Shown: positions 14,105-30,485, counted from the stretch's first letter. The stretch: 64,000 nt of DNA from Octopus vulgaris (GCA_951406725.2 OX597819.1:27714001-27778000), one strand, 5' to 3'. Program-made: numbers and translations. Notes: generated from the letters alone by a model not told the origin.

Positions 14105-14500
14105 TAGGAGTGGCTGTGTGGTAAGTAGCTTGCTAACCAACCACATGGTTCCGGGTTCAGTCCCACTGCGTGGCATCTTGGGCAAGTATCTTCTGCTATA
14201 GCCCCGGGCCGACCAATGCCTTGTGAGTGGATTTGGTAGACGGAAACTGAAAGAAGCCTGTCGTATATATGTATATATATATACATATTTGTGTGTCTGT
14301 GTTTGTCCCCCTAGCATCGCTTGACAACCGATGCTGGTGTGTTTACGTCCCCGTCACTTAGCGGTTCGGCAAAAAATAGACCGATAGAATAAGTACTGGG
14401 CTTACAAAGAATAAGTCCCGGGGTCGAGTTGCTCGATTAAAGGCGGTGCTCCAGCATGGCCGCAGTCAAATGACTGAAACAAGTAAAAGAGAAAGAGAAA
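14105..14500 (+). mobile_element. SINE family A, full length
   Basis: Head through tail GGCGGTGCTCCAGCATGGCCGCAGTCAAATGACTGAAACAAG(TAAAAGAG)n. Confidence 0.92.
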
Positions 14501-14978
14501 AAAGATATATATATATACACACCTATCTATCTATCTATCTTCATACGCATCTGTATGTGCGTGCGTCTGTGCCTTACTACAATGGCTTCACTGCCTAAAG
14601 ATGCGAAACCATGTGTTGGCATGAACCTCGCCTAGTAAATATATTATCCTATTTTACGTATTCAGTTCTAATTTTTTCGTTTGTAAAAAACCAAAAATCT
14701 AGCCTACCTCTGCTTGGTTAATCATGGTTATAACGCAATACGAATATAGGAGTGAAATGTTTATCTGGAATACTGAGCCGAAGACATCTGGTGAAATCTA
14801 CTGCGTCAAGGTATACAGCCGAATATAAAAATATAATCGATTACGCACACACATATAAAAATACTTATTTATGTGTGTGTAGATGTGTGTGTGGTGTGCG
14901 TGCATGTGTGTGTGCGAGAGAGAGAGAGAGAGAGAGAGTATGTATTCGCGTAGAATATTTAGTATAGTACATTGTCTG

Positions 14979-15024
<46 letters not shown>

Positions 15025-15215
15025 TAATTTTTCATAAAAACCAAAACAAAGAAATTATACAAGTTGACAGTTTGTACTTTTACATCGAATTGTATTATTT
15101 CATATAACTTGTAAGTTATTTAAAAAACAATTAATAACGTGTGTATATATATTTATGTGTATGTTTATACACAGAGGAACATGTTTTGTTGAATTTTCTG
15201 CTGCTTTAAATAAAG

Positions 15216-15272
<57 letters not shown>

Positions 15273-15274
15273 TA

Positions 15275-16310
15275 CTCTCTTACTCTTGAACATGTTTAAG
15301 CTATGCAGCTGTGGTCATGCTGGAGCACCACGGTGGTCTTTCTGATTTCCTCAGTCTGGGGCGTTTCACATCACCACTCCTGCATGTGCCTTTGTTCCAG
15401 CTGTTAGCCTATTTTGTGTATAAGGAAGTTTGATTCCGCTGCCCTCGTCTGCACCTCATGTCGGGCTATTGGCTCATCCAGTATTGTGGAGAGGAGGATG
15501 TCTAGTTCCTTTTTAAAGACATCTACTTCCACCTCATGCAGATTTCTTAGTTTTTGTGGCAGGGCATTGAAGAGCTGTGGGCCTTTGAACACTAGATTAT
15601 TGCAATACCCGGTCCTGAATTTAGATGGAGTGGAAGGTACCTTTCGTACAATACAATGGCGGCCAATTGTATAACACTCAATGATTTGTATAACACTAAA
15701 TGCCGAAATTAGGTACTAGCTCCTTTTTTCCATTTGTAGATTATTGCATATCTCTCATGCTTTCTTTCCAGGAAGAAAAAGTTGCTGTTTAATCAGTCTA
15801 TCCCTGTAATTCATCCGCTGCACTGATTCAATCTTTTTAGTGTAGTGGCGTTGGACTGCTTCAAGCTCCGCTGTTAGTTTGGCACTATGTGGTGACCATA
15901 ACTGGGAGCAGTAGTCCAGGTGTCTAAGAACAAAAGTTCTCCACAGAGTCAACATAGTTTCTTGGTCTCTTGTATCGTCAGTATCCATCCTGCCAGTCGT
16001 CTGCCATCTTGGCAATGTGCATACAAAATGATACGTCATTGCACATACTGATCCCCAAGTCTTTCACTGCCTGTGACGCTGGGATTGTAGTGCCCTCGGG
16101 TACTGTATATGCAGGCTGTTGTACATTCATGAGTTGACAGTGCAGTGCTTGAAATTTTCCAGCATTAAACTGCATGTTGGTTATTTCGGCCCACTTGTAT
16201 ATCGAATTCAGGTCCCGCTGTAAGATTGCGAAGTCATCTTGGTTTTTTATTGTCTATAATAATTTTGTATCATCGGCATAGCTAGTAACTGTGGCTGTCC
16301 GAGTGACTTT
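15275..16310 (-). mobile_element. 5'-truncated decayed LINE (CR1/L2 group): RT C-terminus and 3' tail
   Basis: Motifs SYADDTK (about 16263-16283), MQFNAGKFQALH, KDLGI, LDYCSQLWSP, LEAVQRHYTKKI and GPQLFNALP, with stops and frameshifts. Confidence 0.9.
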
Positions 16311-16610
16311 GTTTCTGTGTTTCACTCTCATCACTGCTTCATAACTGCTTTTCATTTATTTACATCCTAATAACTTACTGGTTTCACGAGAAGAAACTAA
16401 TAGAATAAGTACCAAGCTTATCAACATAAAAAAAGCACAACGCTGTGTCTCATATTTTTGTTTGCCCACTCAGTTGTATTTATCAATTTATCTTTGTGTG
16501 TGTATATATATATATATTTAATACGCACACACACGCACGCACACACACATACGCACGCACACATACACAGACACACATATATATATATACATGTATGTAT
16601 ATGTGTACAT

Positions 16611-18102
16611 TCATATTTATTATATCAAAGACAATATATTTATGTGTTCGTGCATTACTTATACATATCGAAAACTGCTGCACCGATCATAATGAAATTT
16701 GGAACATAAAATCGAAGCCTAGGGAGAAAGGTAATGCTGTGTACTTCATACAATTTCATGGAACAAAATTACTGAATGGATCCTTATAATATTTGAAACT
16801 TAGATTCAATGCATAAGGGCGAGTATAATGCAATATGTTTGGTTTGAATTTCAGATGGCTTAAAGGGGGCAGAACCCACCTTGAAAATTCATAAATTTTC
16901 GATGTTGATTAAATTTCAACAATGGCTAATTGACACGCATCAAGAAGTATTCTCAAAGTTTCCCCTTCACATGAGGATTCTAAGATACCCTAATGGGGGC
17001 CTTAACTCCCAAATTTTAGTCATTTCTTTTATGATCCAAAACTAAGTCAAAAGTACTGAATGGATCTTTACGAAATTTGGAAATTATATTCTATGCATAA
17101 GAGTCACAACCCCAATGACAATTCATATATTTTTGCTGTTGATGAAATTTTAACCATAGATATTAGATACAAATGAATTAATATTTATAAAATTTCATCT
17201 TCTTACAAGTTAGAAAGACTCCTTCATGAGGACTTAACACCCACAATTTTGTCATTTTATCTAAGCAAAGACGAATAGTTGTACTCTTGGAAGCTGTGGG
17301 GGTCATCCGAGCATAGAAGATGAGCATTATTTGTACATACACTTAGCTTGTGATTTCTGAAATGTGGTGCATAAATTGTAAAAGTAAATGAGAGGCATAT
17401 TTGCCTCCACAGATTCGGTTGCAAAGTGTTGAGTAAAGTTATTTGATTGCAGAGCTCCTTTAAGTCTTTTTATTATCACTCGGTCACACATAGTCCCCAG
17501 ATGGTAACATTGATTTCAAGGCTTTCCCAGATGAGTGACTGGTTATTCAAATACTATAGATTGTATATTTATTCTGTCCAGTTACGTATCAGTATAGTGG
17601 TCATTTGCAAACTTCAACTTCCATTTCTCTTTAGCCCTCACGTCACACAGTTGTTAATGTTTATTTCAGCTGGGTCACGCCCTTCCAGCTGCTATAGATT
17701 CGTAATGCATCTTCTGGCTGTGCCTGTCACCTGGATGATGAGGAATCCTACATTGGGAGTGGTAACAACTAGGGTAGGGTAGCTGACTGCTTATTGTGAT
17801 CATTCGTCTTTTGGTTTCCTGTAGCTTTGCTCTCTTTTACAAGCCCAGTGAACATATATTTCCTATTTCAAAGAAATTCAAACAATAGATATAAGACCCA
17901 AGTTAAAAAGATTCTCAACAATTCAACTTCTCTGGTTGACATTAAGATGCCCACCCCCAACAGGGGCCTTAACTCTCACATTTTAGAGCTCCATGACCTC
18001 CATTTTTCAGGTGCAAAATCCTTTTAACAGGTTCAATAAGACTGGAATTTTGGAATATGCGCAAATGTATGTAACTCGGGCAACGCCGGGTGACTCTGCT
18101 AG
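16611..18102 (+). mobile_element. Non-autonomous Helitron-like element, second family
   Basis: 3' end CTCGGGCAACGCCGGG hairpin plus TGCTAG|T at 18099-18103; repeated ACCGATC..GAAATTTGG motifs near the 5' end; 5' boundary approximate. Confidence 0.65.
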
Positions 18103-18140
18103 TATATTCATAAAACACACGCACATACACACACACACAC

Positions 18141-18171
<31 letters not shown>

Positions 18172-18261
18172 CTACCACACCACACACACACACAAACATA
18201 CACACACACACAACACACAAATACACGCACACAACAGAAACACACACACAGAAACAAACAC

Positions 18262-18332
<71 letters not shown>

Positions 18333-18557
18333 CACACAGACACACACACAAACACTCACACACACACGCACGTAGATGCACATCTATATAATTAGTTTGA
18401 TGATGAAAAACTCAATTAGCTATAAGTATTTTTATAAATTTTAAAAGTTTGCACCTTATTAGTTGTCAATCAGACGCTTCAACCTATTACTAAGTGTACC
18501 TGGAAAATATTGTCAGGAAAGTGTAAAATGTTTTTATATGTCACGACATAAAAATAA

Positions 18558-18604
<47 letters not shown>

Positions 18605-18608
18605 GTGC

Positions 18609-18644
<36 letters not shown>

Positions 18645-18829
18645 GTGTAAATTTGCTATGTAATATATGAATTCATAGAATCATGTGGCTATCACGGAAA
18701 GCTGCTCTAGCAGACCCCTGCTAGCAGATCACATAGTAATTCAATGCAAATGAGTTTTATGCAGAGTTCTATGCAGCTGAAATCCAAGTGAGCCGATCGA
18801 CGACTTTATTTCATGTGGAGTATATATAT

Positions 18830-19233
18830 ACTCTTTTTTTTTACTTGTTTCAGTCATTTGACTGCGGCCATGCTGGAGCACCGCCTTTTGTCGAGCAAAT
18901 CGACCCCGGGACTTATTCTTTGTAAGCCCAGTACTTATTCTATCGGTCTCTTTTGCCGAACCGCTAAGTGACGGAGACGTAGACACACCAGCATCGGTTG
19001 TCAAGCAATGCTAGGGGGACAAACACAGACACACAAACACACACACATACATATATATATATATACATATATACGACAGGCTTCTTTCAGTTTCCATCTA
19101 CCAAATCCACTCACAAGGCATTGGTCGGCCCGGGGCTATAGCAGAAGACACTTGCCCAAGATGCCACGCAGTGGATTGAACCCAGAACCATGTGGTTGGT
19201 TAGCAAGCTACTTACCACACAGCCACTCCTGCG

Positions 19234-19235
<2 letters not shown>
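18830..19235 (-). mobile_element. SINE family A
   Basis: Reverse complement of the consensus. Confidence 0.92.
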
Positions 19236-19298
<63 letters not shown>

Positions 19299-19439
19299 AA
19301 TATATATATATATATGAACCATAAAAAGTCAGGAGGAATGAGAGGTGAATATATTTATTTAACCACTTGTCATTCATAACATTACGACTGTTTTGCAGCT
19401 TTCGTCTTATAATAATAATTTCAGTGTATTTTGTTCTAT

Positions 19440-19857
19440 TGTTCTTTACTTCTTTCAGTCATTTGATTGCGGCCATGCTGGAGCACCGCCTTGAATGGTT
19501 TTAGTCGAACAAATCAACCGCAGTACACATTTTTTTAAAGCCTAGTACTCATTGTATCGGTCCCTTTTACCGAACAGCTAGATTACGGGGACGTAAACAC
19601 ACCAACACCAGTTGAAGTGGCGGTGGGGGACAAACACAGACACAAGACACACACACAGATACATAATGCATACATACTTACATACATACACACAAATATA
19701 TATGTGTGTGTGTGTGTGTCTATGCATATATATCCACTCACAAAGCTTTGGTCGGCCTGAGACAATAACAGAAGACACTTGTCCAAGTTGCCACGCAGTG
19801 GGACTGAACCCAGGACCATGCAGTTAGGAAGCAAGATTTTACCACACAACCACGCCT
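19440..19857 (-). mobile_element. SINE family A, diverged
   Basis: Reverse-complement match with an internal deletion. Confidence 0.85.
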
Positions 19858-20302
19858 TTATTTTACATAACTGCACTAATATACATGCTACGTATTATAA
19901 AATATAATTGTATATTTACAAATCAGTGCAGGTGCAGAAAGCCAGCTCATCAGATCACCAAAACAGCATGGTTACACCAATGATTCATCTCTAAGTATAC
20001 ATACAAAATTTACTCTATATATATACAATGTATGGAAGGCTGATACTAAATAAAAATTAGTCATTAAACATAAATATAAATAATAAATATGTTTCGAATA
20101 ATATGAATTAAGGTGCTCGATTTAAGTTCACGGGATTGACCATCCTTAATGATAAGAAAAGACAGCAAGGGATTGGGGAAGCAAAGTAGTTACATTAGAT
20201 TAAAAGAATATATCTAGAAAACATATAAAAAATGTAAAAATATATAAATTCCATAGGGAACAGACAGCTGGAGATATAATGATTGAATCCGCACATACAC
20301 AC

Positions 20303-20304
<2 letters not shown>

Positions 20305-20335
<31 letters not shown>

Positions 20336-20730
20336 TGTATGTATGTATGTATGTATGTATGTATGTATGTATGTATGTATGTATGTATGTATGTATGTAT
20401 GTATGTATGTATGTATGTATGTATGTATGTATGTATGTATGTATGTATGTATGTATGTATGTATGTATGTATGTATGTATGTATGTACGTATGCATGCAT
20501 GCATGTATGTATGTATGTATGTATGTATGTATGTATGTATGTATGCATGCATGCATGTATGTATGTATGTATGTATGTATGCATGTATGTATGCATGTAT
20601 GTATGTCTGTATGTATGTATGTATGTATGCATGCATGCATGTATGTATGTATGTATGTATGTATGTATGTATGTATGTATGTATGTATGTATGTATGTAT
20701 GTATGTATGTATGCATGTATGTATGTATGC
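20305..20730. repeat. (TATG)n microsatellite
   Basis: Direct reading. Confidence 0.98.
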
Positions 20731-20880
20731 ATACAGACGCATGTATATAATACATATATTTCATTAATTCATGCGTGTATACATGGAACTTGACTGAGGA
20801 ATGAAAGCCCTGAATGACCCGTCTCTTTTTGCCGGTCCTTCTAATTGTTATTATGTCCTCTATTGCGTTATTGTTCCATT

Positions 20881-20927
<47 letters not shown>

Positions 20928-21576
20928 ATATGCGCACTCACGCACATGCATACACGCGCAAAAAAAACGCAAATATACCTCCCTACACCACCTCTCGTTC
21001 ACACACACATGCACACACACACACATAAACACACACGCACACATGCACAGACACAAAATACACACGCACATACATTCACACACACATGTATTCACGCAAA
21101 CACGTATACACACGCACACATACACACACGCGCACACACATACCCACACACACACACACATACATACACACACACAGACCCACACACACACATATTTCAA
21201 ACTACCAATTAAACACCTTTCTACTGACCATTCTACTACGCACATGTGTAGGTAGACACACAACAGACAGCTACTCCTACCAAAATTCTTACTATAAATT
21301 CTTCCTATAACCTTAAACGACGCTAGGTTCAACCACACACATACATAAACAGCCACAACCACACACACACATACACGTGCTATCATTACACACACACAGA
21401 CCTGCGCGCATGCACATACCCACACATACACACACATACCTCCTTCTCTTGCACTCTCCTGTTTTTGAAAGAACTTTTTTCTTCACCCATTCCCTTCTGG
21501 TCATTTGAATATGTGCCCGCGTGTGCATCGATGGCGATTTTCTTTCTCCGTCTTCCCTTCTTCAGACTTTTTCTAT

Positions 21577-21611
21577 ATTTCTGACGAAGAGCTCCGCTCG
21601 AAACGTGAAAT
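21577..21611 (+). ncRNA. Minimal hammerhead motif, tandem copy 1 (GUG triplet, probably inactive)
   Basis: AUUU-CUGACGA-A-GAGC UCC GCUC-GAAAC-GUG-AAAU. Confidence 0.65.
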
Positions 21612-21736
21612 CCTCTTCCTTTTCTTTCCTTTCCTGAGCATCCAATAACACTGTACTTATTCTATGTTCTCGCGCACCACCAGCAAATATATTTTTTTCC
21701 TCTGTCTTCCCTTCTCGCGATCTTTCCTTCTCCTTT

Positions 21737-21771
21737 GTTTCCGACGAAGAGCTCCGCTCGAAACGTTAAAC
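21737..21771 (+). ncRNA. Minimal hammerhead motif, tandem copy 2 (U4C core change)
   Basis: GUUU-CCGACGA-A-GAGC UCC GCUC-GAAAC-GUU-AAAC, 160 bp downstream of copy 1. Confidence 0.6.
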
Positions 21772-22135
21772 CCTCCTTCCCTTCTTTCCTGAGCGTCAAA
21801 CAATACTTTAATTGTTCCACGTCCACGCGTTGATGTGTTTTTTCTGTGTTTTCTTGTTTGGATTAACTATATATATATATATATATATATATGAAGCCAC
21901 TGACCATTCAAAATACGACCATTAAGGCATTCCCAGATTTCCCCACCCCCTCTCCACATCAGCCTCCTTATTCTTCACCTATCCTACCAAGAACTCAAAA
22001 CGACCTCGAACACACAAGTGCAAACAAGGGAGTCAGAGAAAGGCAGAATGCTACTTATATCTGAACACTACTACAGAAATATTCTTTTAAAAAACTTTTC
22101 TTCTAATTTTTCTAAATTTAATTATTTAATCGTTA

Positions 22136-22173
22136 CAGTTGAAAAGGTCTCAAAATGACCGAAACCGGTACTG
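22136..22173 (+). ncRNA. Degenerate hammerhead motif
   Basis: CAG-UUGAAAA-GGUC ucaaaau GACC-GAAAC-CG-GUA-CUG. All three stems form, but the core has two transitions from CUGAAGA. Confidence 0.5.
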
Positions 22174-22222
22174 AAAGATTCACTATAAAATTATCTTAGC
22201 ATTTTCTATTTTTGACTTGTTT

Positions 22223-22270
<48 letters not shown>

Positions 22271-22374
22271 ATATATCATTTACATTACTATGTACATGTA
22301 TGTGTATAAACATGCGTATGTGTGTATAGATAGATAGATAGATAGATAGATACTATACACACACACACACACAC

Positions 22375-22428
<54 letters not shown>

Positions 22429-22640
22429 TATATATGTTTATGTTCGTGTCCGTACGTGAGTGTGTGTATGTGCATAAATGAATACATATGTGTGTGTGCA
22501 TGCGTGCGTTTATATGCGTATATATGAGTGCCCTATTTTTCTTCGTCTGCCAATATTTTGCTGACCTATCTCTCGGTCGCTCTATTTATATGTATGACTA
22601 TCTAATTATTTGTTTTCGATTAATCTATTCAATATCTATG

Positions 22641-22671
<31 letters not shown>

Positions 22672-23041
22672 GCACACGCAAACATACACACATACATATA
22701 TACGTATATGTGTTTGCGCGCGCGCGGTGTGTGTGTTTCAATCCATTTATCGGTCGCAGACTCGGATTCTGTCAATAATCCATACTCCTGTATTTTACTC
22801 CATCACCTTTACTCTCCCGTGTGATCTTGTTTATACGGATCTCTTTCTCTCTTCTTCTTTCCTCTCTCTCGCACTCTCTCATTTTATTCTCTCTCTCTCT
22901 CTCTTTCTGTCTTTGTTTCCCTCTCTTTCTCTCCCTGCCTCTCACCTAGTCATTTCTATCTTCTTCTTCCTCTCATTCTCTCTGTGTTTGTCTAATTTTG
23001 TTGCTGCCTTTTTCTATATACCTGTACTCACGTAGGTTAGA

Positions 23042-23099
<58 letters not shown>

Positions 23100-23166
23100 A
23101 AAGGCGGTGCTCCGGCATGGCCGCAGTCAAATGACTGAAACGAATAAAAGAATAAAAGAATAAAAG

Positions 23167-23218
<52 letters not shown>

Positions 23219-23248
23219 TGTATATGTGTGTGTGTGATCGTGTATCTA

Positions 23249-23290
<42 letters not shown>

Positions 23291-23637
23291 TGCGTACATA
23301 AATACATTCAGACATACATATTCACGCATACATGCATACACACACATATACATACATATATACATACACACTTATTCACACACAAACACAAATAGAGATG
23401 TCTAACTCGGTTATGAGTATTTTGCTTCTCCTTCCTCGCCAACTCTTTCTCCTTCGTTCTCATTCTACCTCTTTCTCTCTCTCTCTCTCTTACCTCACTC
23501 TCTCCCTCCTTCTCTCTTTCTCTCCATCTTAATCTATTTTCTCCCCGTCGCTTTCTTTAACTTCTAAAACTCAATCGCTTTCTCAAACTTATTTGCTCCA
23601 TTCTCCTGCATATATCTGATCCTCGACATAACTCTCT

Positions 23638-24037
23638 CGTGGCTGTGTGGTAAGTAGCTTGCTAACGAACCACATGGTTCTGGGTTCAGTCCCACTGCGT
23701 GGCATCTTGGGCAAGTGTCTTCTGCTATGGCCCCGGGCCGACCAATGCCTTGTGAGTGGATTTGGTAGACGGAAACTGAAAGAAGCTTGTCGTATATATG
23801 TATCTATATATATGTATATTTATGTGTTTGTGTGTCCGTGTTTGTCTCCCTAGCATTGCTTGACAACCGATGCTGGTGTGTTTACGTCCCCGTCACTTAG
23901 CGGTTCGGCAAAAGACACCGATATAATAAGTACTGGGCTTACAAAGAATAAGTCCCGAGGTCGATTTGCTCGACTAAAGGTGGTGCTCCAGCATGGCCGC
24001 AGTCAAATGACTGAAACATGTAAAAGAGTAAAAGAGT
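23638..24037 (+). mobile_element. SINE family A
   Basis: Consensus match. Confidence 0.92.
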
Positions 24038-24310
24038 ATCCCAAATACAGTGATTATAATCTAGTTCTGTTGTTCAAAACAGATTTTTAAGGTTCCCCGC
24101 CACCACCACCACCACCACCACCACCACCGCTCTTTAATATCAAACAACCGACCATACGTTCAATATGTTTTATTATTTTAACAGATCACCGTCCAAACGA
24201 GTTTCACATCTCTTGACTATCTTAACTAGATTTCCAGACAAAATGGTGGACGTCGAATGTCTGTGAGTGCGTCATACGCATATGTATGGACATATATATA
24301 TATATATATA

Positions 24311-24357
<47 letters not shown>

Positions 24358-24395
24358 CGTGTGTGTGTGTATCTGTTTACATGCATGTACGTATG

Positions 24396-24438
<43 letters not shown>

Positions 24439-24487
24439 TATATGTACATATATACACACACACATGCACACACACTCACACACACAT

Positions 24488-24530
<43 letters not shown>

Positions 24531-24825
24531 TGTAGGTGTGCGGCAGCGGAAAAGGTCTTCGTATGTATATGTGTGAAGGTGCATGTATGGGGACATGTAC
24601 ATACGAGAATATAGTCTCGACTGGTTAAGAATGTAGCTTCTCAATCGTATGGTCCTTGTTTCGATCCCGCTACGTGAATTCTTCGGCATGTGTCTTTAAC
24701 CTCACGTTGAAACCTTGTGAGTGAAACCGTGCGGAAACAAACCCCAGAAGATGGATTGTATTTGCGTTTCAAAGGGACAACACATAACGGTGATTCTGTC
24801 TGAGAATAACAAGAACCATACACAT

Positions 24826-24991
24826 AGGCGCAGGAGTGGCTGTGTGGTAAATAGCTTGCTAACCAACCACATGGTTCCAGGTTCAGTCCCACTGCGTGGC
24901 ATCTTGGGCAAGTGTCTTTTGCTATAGCCCCGGGCCGACCAATGCCTTGTGAGTGGATTTGGTAGACGGAAACTGAAAGAAGCCTGTAGTA

Positions 24992-25024
<33 letters not shown>

Positions 25025-25222
25025 GCATGTGTGTGTGTTTGTGTGTCTGTGTTTGTCTCCCCAACATCGCTTGACAACTGATGCTGGTGTGTTTACGTCC
25101 CCGTCACTTGGCGGTTCGGCAAAAAGAGACCGATAGAATAAGTACTGGGCTCGACTAAAGGCGGTGCTCCAGCATGGCCGCAGTCAAATGACCGAAACAA
25201 GTAAAAGAGTAAAGAGTAAGAG
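24826..25222 (+). mobile_element. SINE family A
   Basis: Consensus match with a small deletion. Confidence 0.92.
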
Positions 25223-25511
25223 TATGTCTGTGGAATATTCTGCCACTTACACTATAAATCAATGACTAGGAAGTTCCGGATATCGAATTATAAGAATAAC
25301 CATCAATGAAACCAATCGAAAACCATTTTGTTTTTCTTGTGTGTAACTGCTTCGATCTACATATGTACATGTTTGTATCAATGTGTGTGTGTGTAAGTGT
25401 GTGATCGTGCGTGGCTTTAAGACTATATTATGTATATTTATATATGTATTTATGTATGTATGTATGTATGTATGTAAATATGTATGTATGTATGTGTGTT
25501 CCTCATATCTT

Positions 25512-25570
<59 letters not shown>

Positions 25571-25701
25571 CACTGATACGCACGCACCCTCATACACACA
25601 CATATATTCATGAACACACACACACACACACACACACACATGCACTGATACGTACCCTCATACACACACATATATTCATGAACACACATACACACACGCG
25701 C

Positions 25702-25743
<42 letters not shown>

Positions 25744-26081
25744 AGGCATGTATACGCATATATACACAAGAATAGACAAACACAGGTGATCACACACGCA
25801 TACACACACACACGACCTAGACACATGAAGTATATGGCTATTTATTTGAGGCACTAGTGCAATAAATAAATCCAGCTCTTTGACCTTCCTTGGTCAGATG
25901 TATCCTCAGCGGCTGAATGATCCTATTCACGTCAAAAGAAAGATGAAATTGGGGCTGTGACATTCATGCCATTCCCAAAGACATCAGCGGTGAATAAATA
26001 AATCAAGAAAACACCAAAGAACTGGAACAAAGGAGCATTGCGTATACTTATGCAGACATATAAATGTATATATAAAAACAA

Positions 26082-26165
<84 letters not shown>

Positions 26166-26356
26166 GCACACACATATTTACATATATACACACATATATA
26201 TATAGGGAATGTATATATACAGGTGAATATACATTCCTATATAAATATATATATATATTATTACACACTAGCGCGCGCACACAACCACATTCACACACAC
26301 AAATGTATGTCGTATATGCTGTATGTGTATGCATGCGTGTGTGGTGTATATATGTG

Positions 26357-26453
<97 letters not shown>

Positions 26454-26504
26454 ATATATTTATATATATATATGTGTGTGTATATATATATATATATATG
26501 TGTG

Positions 26505-26544
<40 letters not shown>

Positions 26545-27102
26545 ATATGTACATGTATATGTATGTATGTATGTATGTATGTATATTTATATATATATAT
26601 ATATATATATGTATGTACATGTATATATATATATATGAATATATGTATGTGTGTATATGTATATAAATATACATATATGTATGTATATATATGTATATAC
26701 ATATATGTATGTATGTATATGTATATACATATATTTAATGTGTGTGTGTGTGTGTGTGAGTGTGTGTGTGTGTGTGTATATGTATATATATATCTTTATA
26801 TTTATATATTGTGTGTGTATATATGTACGTATATAATATATACATATACACACGCACACACACACATATATATATATGTATATTTGCGTGTGTCTGCGTG
26901 TGTGTATGTGTTTGTATGTACGTAGGCAAGTACGTTAGATCGTGTATGCGCGCGTGCGTGAATGCACGTGTAGGCTTCTGCACACAAATGAATTGGTGAC
27001 CTGTTACTGGTCTCTATTGATAGCCGGTTCAGTAACGTTTTATAAGAACATCGATGTATTGCCTATATCATAGACATATTTATACTCTCTTTCTCCCCTT
27101 TT

Positions 27103-27138
<36 letters not shown>

Positions 27139-27281
27139 CTCATCTCACCGCTATCTCTCACACACACACCACACACACGTTCACACATACGCACACAAAT
27201 ATACACAACTACGTATATACTTGTACATGCGTACACACATCCATAAGAAAACGCACATGGCGCGTGTATATTACAGCGATG

Positions 27282-27572
27282 GAAGAAGAAGAAGAAGAAG
27301 AAGAAGAAGAAGAAGAAGAAGAAGAAGAAGAAGGAGGAGGAGGAGGGGGAGGAGAAGAAGAAGAATTGGAAGAAGAAGAAGAAGAAGAAGAAGAAGGATA
27401 AGAAGAAGAAGAAGAAGGAAGAAGAAGAAGAAGAAGAAGAAGAAGTAGAATTGGAAGAAGATGAAGAAGAAGAAGAAGGAGAATTGGAAGAAGAAGAAGA
27501 AGAAGAAGAAGAAGAAGAAGAAGAAGAAGAAGAAGAAGAAGAAGAAGAAGAAGAAGAAGAAGAAGAAGAAGA
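27282..27572. repeat. (GAA)n microsatellite
   Basis: Direct reading. Confidence 0.98.
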
Positions 27573-27691
27573 TGGAATTATAGCTTTGATATAAAAATCC
27601 AATATTTTCACTTCCAAAGAGCGATTCCCTGATGATTCATAGATATAACAATGGTGATCCATAAATATATTCCTATAATATCACTATCAGA

Positions 27692-28207
<516 letters not shown>

Positions 28208-28600
28208 CTGTTCTCGTGCTTGTTCAATTCGCAGTGATAAGGTGCACTTCGCTCACCTTGGTTAATGCACATCTCAGCAAAAACTAAAAAAAAAACAGAA
28301 ACAAAAAATAAACAACGAACATTATCTACCCGATAAATTTGCACAAAACATACATTATTAAGATCAACACACAAACACACACACACACACACATACACAC
28401 AGATACACACACACAACACACACATTCTTAGTGTTCATACAGTCATGCACAGGCATTCAGAGGAATCTTTATGCCCGTGTATACCGTGTACATAAGCATA
28501 CATAAAGACATAAATACATACGCATATTTACATACATACACATTGAAGAGTTTGTATGCATCTTATCACCAGGCATAATATATATACATATATACATACA

Positions 28601-28637
<37 letters not shown>

Positions 28638-29367
28638 TTGTGGTGTCCTGTACTCATATATATATATATATATATATGCATGTATATATACATGTAGATG
28701 TAAGTATGTACATATATGTATGTATATATGCATATATTTTATTTATTTATTATATTACTATATATATATATATATATATACGCGAATATATACATACATG
28801 TGTGGAGGAGGTTATGTATGTGTGTACATGTACTGCAGTATGTATGGTTGCTATGATGCATCATACCACCCGCTGTCTCTAATATTTTAGTGCGTGCAAT
28901 CTGTAATATTATCTACACAACAGGTAGCAAATCTAAAAACATTTACACGCACACACGTTAGTATCTAAACACGAAAACACACGCATCCAAACACACACAC
29001 ACATACATACATACATAGCCTGTTGCGTATGATGTATGCATACAGGCATGTATATATATATATATTATTTATTTATTCATTATATAGTATATATATATTT
29101 ATGTATATACATATATATATATATACAAATATATATAAAGATATATATGTATATATCTATATATACAGATATATATGTATATATGTATGCATATATGTAT
29201 ACATACATATATGTATATATATATGTATGTATGTATATATATGTATATATATGTATGTATGTATGTATATATATATACATAGATAGACAGATATATATAT
29301 ATATATATATATATATAGATAGATAGATAGATAGATAGCATAGATACATACATAGATACATACATAC

Positions 29368-29434
<67 letters not shown>

Positions 29435-29654
29435 CATTCAGCCGGTTATATATGTGTTTTGTTGTTTTCTGAGAGTGTGTGAGAGCACGTATATATATAT
29501 ATATATATATATTAGAGTGTATATGTAATTATTAATATTATCAGTTGCCCACCGCAAAGTAGGGAAAGGTGAGAAACTGTTGTGCTTTTCAGATCCCTTT
29601 TCTATTCAATCATAGCTTGGCTAAGGTGGGGACAACTGAGCTCGTTTAGTCGTC

Positions 29655-29670
29655 TAATAATAATAATAAC

Positions 29671-29768
<98 letters not shown>

Positions 29769-29824
29769 TGATGATGATGATGATGATGATAACAATAATA
29801 GCAATAATAATAATAATAATGATG

Positions 29825-29893
<69 letters not shown>
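29655..29893. repeat. (AAT/GAT)n microsatellite
   Basis: Direct reading. Confidence 0.98.
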
Positions 29894-29896
<3 letters not shown>

Positions 29897-30302
29897 GCAA
29901 TAGAAAAGAATTAATGCTTCCTATTGAACTGGCAGAGGTTAATGGTTCCTTGGAGGAAATATGAAGCGGGGAAAAGTAATTGCAGCGGAATAACATTCAA
30001 GAGAACGTTGTGAGTAGGTGTCTCTTTTTTATAGTCAGGGTGATTGGCGGTGAATATGTTTTTCATAATGACGAGATTTGGGATGTGAGATGAAATGAGG
30101 TTAGCATATGGAGTAGAGTGGAAATACCCACTGATGCCTCACTGCGCGATTGTATATGCGTGTGGTGAATGTACATGTGTGTGCTTGCGCGCCTAGATTG
30201 ATGTAGATGCATGCATAAGCATGCATATAGGTATATATATGAATATATCTATACAAGTACGTATGTATGTATGCATATTCATATATACACACATGCATAT
30301 GC

Positions 30303-30355
<53 letters not shown>

Positions 30356-30485
30356 CATACATATATACATATGTATATACATATGTGTGTGTATCATGAA
30401 TATATATATATATATGCATGCTTATATATATGCATACACACACTTATATGTGTGTGTGTATATATAGATAGACAGACAGACAGAC

